From: Candidatus Deferrimicrobiaceae bacterium | GTDB lineage: Bacteria > Acidobacteriota > Terriglobia > Terriglobales > Acidobacteriaceae | Assembly (NCBI GenBank): GCA_035654555.1 | Contig: DASRWO010000288.1 | Coordinates: 1 to 52,340 of the forward strand | DNA: 52,340 nt | Reading direction: 5' to 3' | In this document: positions 46,596 to 52,340 of the stretch, piece after piece | How positions within the stretch are numbered: position 1 is the stretch's first letter | Layout of the letters: each line of letters opens with the position of its first letter | The notes under the pieces: model-generated | What the model was told of the DNA's origin: nothing | The model's database searches: none | The model's input: the letters and a program-made list of their open reading frames with translations, nothing else | Position numbers and translations under genes: made by a program

Positions 46596-47684
46596 TTAGT
46601 TTCTTACATCCGCCAGCAGCCGCTCCACCTCGGCTTTTTGATTGCCGGTAAGCGGCAGCAATGGCAGGCGCGCTGGGCCGCCAAAATAGCCGTTCATATC
46701 CATGCCGTATTTCACGCCGGGAATTCCCAACTCGCTCACCACACGTTGCGAAGCCTGCACGATACGCCGTTGCTTCAACGTGGCCAACCCGGTGTCGTTC
46801 TCTTTCCACGCCGCATAGATCTCGTAGCACGCCGTAGGCGCCACGCAAGCGAACGCGAGAATCGCGCCGGCGGCTCCTACATCCAGCGAAGCCTGCAATT
46901 TGTCGGCAGCCCCTACCATCACCTGGAAGCCAACTTCCTTTTGCCGCGTTTTCATCTTGCCAACCACAGTGACCGCGGCCGAAGAGGGTTTGGCAACGGA
47001 CGCCGAACCAGCCAACGCGCCAACCTGCACCAGTTCTCCTCCCTCTGCATTCGAAGCGCCAGCGGCTGCTGCCAGCATGCGCGGTGTCACCGCTTCAAAC
47101 GTTTCCGTTACGGTAGTGGTGCGCCGAATTTGCCGCGTGCCTTCCACCATCGTACGGACCTTTTCCACGTCCCCACTCGATTCCTTGATTCCGATCAGGT
47201 TCGGATGCCCCGCGAGTTCGATCACAAGCTCGGCGGGAATGTTATAGCCGGTCGCCTGCGGAAAGTTGTAAATAATGACAGGCAACGGCGAGCGATCGGC
47301 TACCGTTCGGTAAAATGCCAAAATATTCTCCGGCTGCATTTGCTTTTTGTAGTAATGCGGAGTGCGCACCATGGCGACGTCGTATCCGAGTTCGGCTGCA
47401 TATTCGGTAAGCCGCAGAGTCTCGACCGCCGACTCGACCCCTGTGCCCGCGATGAGCACCTTATTCGGAGCAGCCGCCTCGCGCGCAATCTTTAGCACAC
47501 CGCGTCTCTCTTCGTCAGAGAGCATGATCGCTTCGCCGGTGGAACCGAGCGCGACGATTCCCGCACAGGGTGTGCGCGAATAGCGCTCAACATTGCTTTC
47601 GAGCTTCTTGTAAAACACCTTCCCGTCAGGATAGAAGGGTGTCGTAACGGGAGGGAAAATTCCGTGTAGGAGCATCACGTTCAC
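46596..47684 (-). CDS. dihydrodipicolinate synthase (DapA) family class I aldolase with an internal insertion
   Basis: GSTGE, IIYNFP and the Schiff-base Lys in IGIKESSG are present. An Ala/Ser/Thr-rich insert of about 65 aa lies between the Lys strand and the next core strand. 362 aa, against roughly 290-300 for typical members as I recall them. Confidence 0.85.
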   Translation of the reverse strand: MNVMLLHGIFPPVTTPFYPDGKVFYKKLESNVERYSRTPCAGIVALGSTGEAIMLSDEERRGVLKIAREAAAPNKVLIAGTGVESAVETLRLTEYAAELGYDVAMVRTPHYYKKQMQPENILAFYRTVADRSPLPVIIYNFPQATGYNIPAELVIELAGHPNLIGIKESSGDVEKVRTMVEGTRQIRRTTTVTETFEAVTPRMLAAAAGASNAEGGELVQVGALAGSASVAKPSSAAVTVVGKMKTRQKEVGFQVMVGAADKLQASLDVGAAGAILAFACVAPTACYEIYAAWKENDTGLATLKQRRIVQASQRVVSELGIPGVKYGMDMNGYFGGPARLPLLPLTGNQKAEVERLLADVRN

Positions 47685-47699
47685 CTGCGTCTTAGCCTA

Positions 47700-48107
47700 T
47701 CATCTCTTCGGCGGACAGAGCAGCGGGATGGCTTCGCGTTTATTGCGCCGATAGACGCGGAAATCCTCTTCGTCGACCGTGATGACGATGTGCCGCGGGT
47801 ACAACTCGCTCATTCGGATAAGGCAGAGATCGGCCAAGTCCGGTTTGCGGTCCTGGTATCGCGTAGCAAGGCCGTAAAGTTGCTCCTGATGACTCGCGCA
47901 ATCGAGCGCCACGCGAACAAGATTGTCGCGCAGCATTCCAAGCACTTCCTTGCTGGATTGTAGGTGAAACGCGGTTTCCGCCAATACCGCCTCACAAGTC
48001 AAGACCGGCCAATTGATTTGCTCGCCGACTTCTGCGGCCCACTCATGATATTGGTCGTTGCTCCGCGCCAGGGCCACAAGCAAGCCAGTATCGGCAATGG
48101 CTTTCAT
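47700..48107 (-). CDS. vapC: PIN-domain toxin (VapC-like)
   Basis: Reads MKAIADTGLLVAL..., with acidic residues spaced as in PIN domains. 135 aa. 4-nt overlap with the upstream small gene. Confidence 0.8.
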   Translation of the reverse strand: MKAIADTGLLVALARSNDQYHEWAAEVGEQINWPVLTCEAVLAETAFHLQSSKEVLGMLRDNLVRVALDCASHQEQLYGLATRYQDRKPDLADLCLIRMSELYPRHIVITVDEEDFRVYRRNKREAIPLLCPPKR

Positions 48108-48331
48108 TCTCGCGAAAATCCCTTACGGCTGGAAACGTCTCGCGGACCGCCCTTGATAATTCCTACATGCTTCCGCCACGCCTGATTGCCCTTAGCGGGG
48201 CGGTCGCTTGAGAGCCCGTTCTCCACACACTGTCGCACGACCCGCCCGACCGGCAACCCGGTGCGGTGGGCCTTGGCGCGAAGACGCTCCAACAGCTCTT
48301 CTGGAAGGCGAATTGTGAGTGTGTTACTCAT
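48104..48331 (-). CDS. vapB: ribbon-helix-helix antitoxin (VapB/CopG-like)
   Basis: MSNTLTIRLPEELLERLRAKAHRTGLPVGRVVRQCVE. The alternative in-frame GTG at 48349 has a better SD (AGGATGG). Confidence 0.7.
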   Translation of the reverse strand: MSNTLTIRLPEELLERLRAKAHRTGLPVGRVVRQCVENGLSSDRPAKGNQAWRKHVGIIKGGPRDVSSRKGFSRE

Positions 48332-48387
48332 GTTACAGAATTGTAACACAATCCATCCTTTTATCTTAAAACCTGAAGCAGGGATAA

Positions 48388-51300
48388 TCACCGACGCACC
48401 GTCCGCTCCGCGTGCAACTGCTGCAGCGCCCGGATGGTCACTTCGCCACGCTGGAGCGCTGCGATTCCTTCCGCCGCCGCGCGTGCAGCCGAAAGCGTAG
48501 TGATGGTAGGAACGCGCGCCATCACGGCAGCGCGCCGGATTGCCTTCTCGTCAAACCATGGCTCTGGCCCTGTAGGGGTATTGACGATGAGATGAATGCG
48601 CTGTCCCTTGATGAAGTCGACAACGTTCGGACGTCCTTCTTTTACTTTGTAGACGCGCTCGACTCTCATGCCCGCGGCTTCGATCACATCCCCCGTTCCG
48701 GAGGTAGCCACCAGCTTGAAACCCATGTCGACGAATTTTCGAGCGACTTCGGCCACGTGGCGCTTATCATGATCGGTCACGCTGATGAAAACCGTACCTT
48801 GGGTTGGCAGCTTTTGGCCCGCAGCCAATTGCGCTTTTCCAAAAGCCTCACCAAAACTGTCGCCCACGCCCATCACTTCGCCAGTCGATTTCATCTCCGG
48901 TCCTAGAACCGTATCGACACCAGGGAATTTGTTCCACGGAAAAACCGGCGACTTCACGTAGTAGCAGCTCCCCGTGCCGAGATCGGCGCGGCGCTCGATA
49001 TTTTCCGGGAGAAATTCGCGCAACTTCCGCCCCGTCATGAGCCGCGCCGCAATCTTCGCCAGCGGCACACCGGTCGCCTTCGAAACGTACGGCACAGTGC
49101 GCGATGCGCGCGGGTTCACTTCCAGGACATAAACTTTTCCACCCTCTGGGCCGCTAATTTCGCCGCGTGGGAGGGCGAACTGAATATTCATCAGCCCCAC
49201 CACTTTCAGTGCCCGGGCCAGCTTGAAAGTGTAGTCGCGCATGCGCTCCATGAGCGGCTGAGGAATATCCACTGCCGGCAGCACGCACGACGAATCGCCC
49301 GAGTGAATCCCGGCTTCTTCGATATGCTGCATGATTCCGCCGATCACCACATCTTCCCCATCGGAAAGCGCATCCACGTCCACTTCAATCGCGTCTTCCA
49401 GAAAGTGGTCGATCAACACCGGACGATCGTGCGAATACTCGACTGCTTCTTTCATGTAACGCGTCACGGACTCTTCGTCGTAGGCAATTACCATCGCGCG
49501 CCCGCCCAGTACGTAGGAAGGCCGCACCACCACTGGATACCCCACGCGCTTCGCGCCTTCGACGGCTTCCTCCAGCGACGTCGCCATCACTCCGGCTGCC
49601 TGCGGAATTTCTAATTCTTCCAACAGCTTGTTGAAGTGCTTGCGATCTTCAGCCAGATCAATCGACTCCGGAGATGTGCCGATAATATTCACCCCCGCAG
49701 CCTTCAGCGGCAGAGCCAGATTCAGCGGCGTCTGTCCGCCGAACTGCACGATCACTCCACACGGTGCGCCCTTTGAAGTTTCGTGCTGATAAATCGCCCA
49801 CACATCCTCAAACGTGAGCGGTTCGAAGTAGAGGCGATCACTCGTGTCGTAATCGGTCGAGACCGTTTCAGGATTGCAATTGATCATGATCGTCTCGTAA
49901 CCGTCTTCGTGCAACGCGAACGAAGCGTGACAGCAGCAGTAATCGAACTCAATTCCCTGACCGATGCGGTTCGGCCCGCTGCCGAGGATAATGATTTTCT
50001 TTTTCTCCGTCGGCGCAGCTTCGTCTTCATCCTCGTAAGTCGAATAGAGGTACGGCGTAAAGCTTTCGAACTCTGCCGCGCACGTATCCACGCGCTTGTA
50101 GACGGGCAGCACGCCGTGCTTCCGGCGTGCGTGTCGAACTTTCTCCTGCCCCTCCAGCCGCCACGCGTTTGCCAACCGGCCGTCCGAGAAACCCATGCGC
50201 TTGGCCTCGCGTAGCACCTCCGTTGGGATCGATTCCATCGGATGCTTCTCCACCTCAAGCTGCATGTCATTAATTTCTTTGAGCTGATAGAGAAACCATG
50301 GATCCATCGAAGTCATCTTCGCCAATTGCTTCACCGTGTGCCCTTGGCGTAGAGCGTATTGCACATAGGCCAACCGCTCTGGATGCGGCGTGACCAGCCG
50401 TTGCGTCAGAATCTTCGGCTCGATCTTGTCGGCGCCCATGCGCTTGCCAGTATCGAGCGACCGAATGCCTTTCATCAATGCTTCCTTGAAAGTGCGGCCG
50501 ATGGCCATCACTTCGCCCACCGACTTCATCTGCACGCCAAGGCTCTCATCGGCGCCGGGAAACTTTTCAAACTGCCACTTGGGAATTTTTACGACCACAT
50601 AATCGAGCGTCGGCTCAAAACATGCCGGAGTTTTGCGCGTGATGTCATTAGGAATTTCGTCGAGCGTGTAGCCGACTGCAAGTTTCGCGGCAATTTTAGC
50701 AATCGGAAAACCCGTAGCTTTCGAGGCCAGCGCCGACGAGCGCGAGACGCGCGGGTTCATCTCAATCACTACCATGCGCCCGGTTTCAGGGTTTACGCCG
50801 AACTGAATATTTGATCCGCCCGTGTCCACGCCGATTTCACGGATCACTGCGATCGATGCATCGCGCATCGCCTGATACTCGCGGTCAGTCAAAGTCTGCG
50901 CGGGCGCCACTGTGATCGAATCGCCGGTGTGCACGCCCATGGGATCGAAATTTTCGATCGAGCAGATGATGATCACGTTATCTTTCGTATCGCGCATCAC
51001 CTCGAGCTCGAACTCTTTCCATCCCAGCACCGACTCTTCAATCAGCGCCTCGTGCACGGGAGACATATCCAACCCGCGCGTGAGGACTTCAAGCAATTCT
51101 TCGCGGTTGTAAGCAATGCCGCCGCCGGAACCTCCCAGCGTGAAGGATGGCCGCACGATCACTGGGAATCCGATCTTGCCCGCGAACTCCACGCCATCTT
51201 TTGTGCTGTTCACCAGCGCCGACTTCGGCACGTCGAGGCCGATTTTCTGCATCGCATCTTTGAAGAAGAGACGATCTTCGGCCTTCTTGATAGCCGCGAC

Positions 51301-51675
51301 ATTCGCGCCGATCAAACTCACGTCATATTTTTCCAGAACGCCGCCATCTGAGAGTTCAATCGCCAGGTTGAGCGCAGTCTGCCCGCCTACGGTAGGCAAC
51401 ACGGCAAAACCAGCGCCCAACGAGAGCTCCCGCTCGATGCGGATAATCTCTTCCAGATACTCCAGCGTCATCGGCTCGATGTAAGTGCGGTCGGCAATCT
51501 CCGGATCGGTCATGATGGTCGCAGGATTGGAGTTCGCCAGCACCACCTCATACCCCTCAGACTTGAGCGCCTTGCAAGCCTGCGTGCCAGAGTAATCAAA
51601 CTCCGCCGACTGGCCGATGACGATGGGGCCGGAGCCGAGAATCAGAATTTTCGAAATGTCAGTGCGTTTGGGCAT
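48388..51675 (-). CDS. carB: carbamoyl-phosphate synthase large subunit
   Basis: 1095 aa. Two ATP-grasp halves ([22 protein letters not shown]...; [16 protein letters not shown]...) and a C-terminal MGS-like domain. Confidence 0.97.
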   Translation of the reverse strand: MPKRTDISKILILGSGPIVIGQSAEFDYSGTQACKALKSEGYEVVLANSNPATIMTDPEIADRTYIEPMTLEYLEEIIRIERELSLGAGFAVLPTVGGQTALNLAIELSDGGVLEKYDVSLIGANVAAIKKAEDRLFFKDAMQKIGLDVPKSALVNSTKDGVEFAGKIGFPVIVRPSFTLGGSGGGIAYNREELLEVLTRGLDMSPVHEALIEESVLGWKEFELEVMRDTKDNVIIICSIENFDPMGVHTGDSITVAPAQTLTDREYQAMRDASIAVIREIGVDTGGSNIQFGVNPETGRMVVIEMNPRVSRSSALASKATGFPIAKIAAKLAVGYTLDEIPNDITRKTPACFEPTLDYVVVKIPKWQFEKFPGADESLGVQMKSVGEVMAIGRTFKEALMKGIRSLDTGKRMGADKIEPKILTQRLVTPHPERLAYVQYALRQGHTVKQLAKMTSMDPWFLYQLKEINDMQLEVEKHPMESIPTEVLREAKRMGFSDGRLANAWRLEGQEKVRHARRKHGVLPVYKRVDTCAAEFESFTPYLYSTYEDEDEAAPTEKKKIIILGSGPNRIGQGIEFDYCCCHASFALHEDGYETIMINCNPETVSTDYDTSDRLYFEPLTFEDVWAIYQHETSKGAPCGVIVQFGGQTPLNLALPLKAAGVNIIGTSPESIDLAEDRKHFNKLLEELEIPQAAGVMATSLEEAVEGAKRVGYPVVVRPSYVLGGRAMVIAYDEESVTRYMKEAVEYSHDRPVLIDHFLEDAIEVDVDALSDGEDVVIGGIMQHIEEAGIHSGDSSCVLPAVDIPQPLMERMRDYTFKLARALKVVGLMNIQFALPRGEISGPEGGKVYVLEVNPRASRTVPYVSKATGVPLAKIAARLMTGRKLREFLPENIERRADLGTGSCYYVKSPVFPWNKFPGVDTVLGPEMKSTGEVMGVGDSFGEAFGKAQLAAGQKLPTQGTVFISVTDHDKRHVAEVARKFVDMGFKLVATSGTGDVIEAAGMRVERVYKVKEGRPNVVDFIKGQRIHLIVNTPTGPEPWFDEKAIRRAAVMARVPTITTLSAARAAAEGIAALQRGEVTIRALQQLHAERTVRR

Positions 51676-51698
51676 TTCTCTATGCTTTCACTTCATCT

Positions 51699-51854
51699 CT
51701 GTCATCCAGACCAAGTGAGTTGAGCGCGAAGCGATCGACTCGCACGTGGAGGGACCTGCTTTTGGCCAGCATTGTCGATGATGCAGGCAAACAGCAGGTC
51801 CCCGACTGCGAAGATCGTTCGCTTCGCGGACGAACTTCCTCCCTCGGGTGACAG
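51699..51854. repeat. 156-bp imperfect palindromic intergenic element
   Basis: Arms 51699-51760 and 51793-51854 are inverted copies. Conserved blocks are CTGTCAYCC, CGCGAAGCGAWCGA and GGGACCTGCT. The loop is 32 nt. It lies directly upstream of carB. Confidence 0.55.
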
Positions 51855-51868
51855 GACCTAATTCCATC

Positions 51869-52309
51869 TCATCGCGTCGCGCCGCCTTGAACAAGGACCG
51901 GCAACCCTGGCTCTAGAACCGGCAGCGCAAGCCGTAGGTCGCCCGATCCCTCCTTCGTCACCTCGAAGCGTACAGCCTCAGCGCGGAATCCTTGGGAATG
52001 AACGATCCCGAGATAAAGACCGTCCGGCAGTTGTGCGGAGAAATTCCCGGCTGAGTCTGCCCGGAGTCGAAGGACGACAGCCCTGCCTTCAGGCTCGCTC
52101 TTGATGACCCGGATGCCAGCTCCTGCTAATACGGCCCCGACGACATCCACTATGACGCCTTGAAATGCCTGCACCCGATCGCGAATGGGCAGCCCTTCCG
52201 CTCGCTTTACTGCCTCCTGAATCTCGCGAGCCTGTTGAACCGAGTCCGTCAGGTCGATCATGGAAAGGGTCGTCATCTCTGTGTGTTCGTCAATAACGCT
52301 CAGCCACAA
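51869..52309 (-). CDS. hypothetical protein with carboxypeptidase-regulatory-like beta-sandwich C-terminus
   Basis: The pattern GVIVDVVGAVLAGAGIRV...ADSAGNFSAQLPDGLYLGIVHSQGF is typical of CarboxypepD_reg-like folds. The start is uncertain: TTG 52309 or ATG 52276. Confidence 0.45.
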   Translation of the reverse strand: MWLSVIDEHTEMTTLSMIDLTDSVQQAREIQEAVKRAEGLPIRDRVQAFQGVIVDVVGAVLAGAGIRVIKSEPEGRAVVLRLRADSAGNFSAQLPDGLYLGIVHSQGFRAEAVRFEVTKEGSGDLRLALPVLEPGLPVLVQGGATR

Positions 52310-52340
52310 AAAAGTGCCCGCATCGCCGGCGAGAACGTGG

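Overview
This is a moderately GC-rich chromosomal segment. The gene content and one repeat type suggest Acidobacteriota, but that is inference, not proof. I found no rRNA, CRISPR array, transposase or integrase.

Contents in order:
- The 3' part of isocitrate lyase.
- tRNA-Leu(GAG), followed by about 2.5 kb of lower-GC sequence holding only small ORFan genes.
- A Crp/Fnr regulator plus a FixL/FixJ-like pair, an extra receiver protein, and a NarL/HisKA_3 pair.
- HdeD, a TrxC-type thioredoxin and an M50/CBS protease.
- A small-ORF-CheR-HDOD operon.
- hutU-hutI.
- A partial envelope-polysaccharide locus: GT2, a B12-radical-SAM enzyme, Wzz/GumC, a PAP2-Wzi fusion, a priming sugar transferase, a secreted protein and a PagL-like protein.
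- secG and small envelope proteins.
- About 20 kb of genes all on the minus strand: DUF4230, mnmA, cysteine desulfurase, citrate synthase, a nine-gene cluster, a DapA-family gene, vapBC, carB, a 156-bp palindromic element and a CarboxypepD_reg-like ORF.

The best candidate for an undescribed system is the nine-gene cluster at 37232-46244. It places an HcrCAB-like Mo/FAD/Fe-S enzyme next to a short BoxB-like di-iron oxygenase. The FAD subunit of that enzyme carries an extra 4-Cys loop. The cluster also holds two small crotonases, a rhodanese, an amidohydrolase_2 protein and a TetR regulator with a palindromic operator.

Secondary candidates are the orphan small-ORF-CheR-HDOD operon, the PAP2-Wzi fusion and the GT2/B12-rSAM pair.

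All calls come from reading the translations and the DNA by eye. No searches were run.
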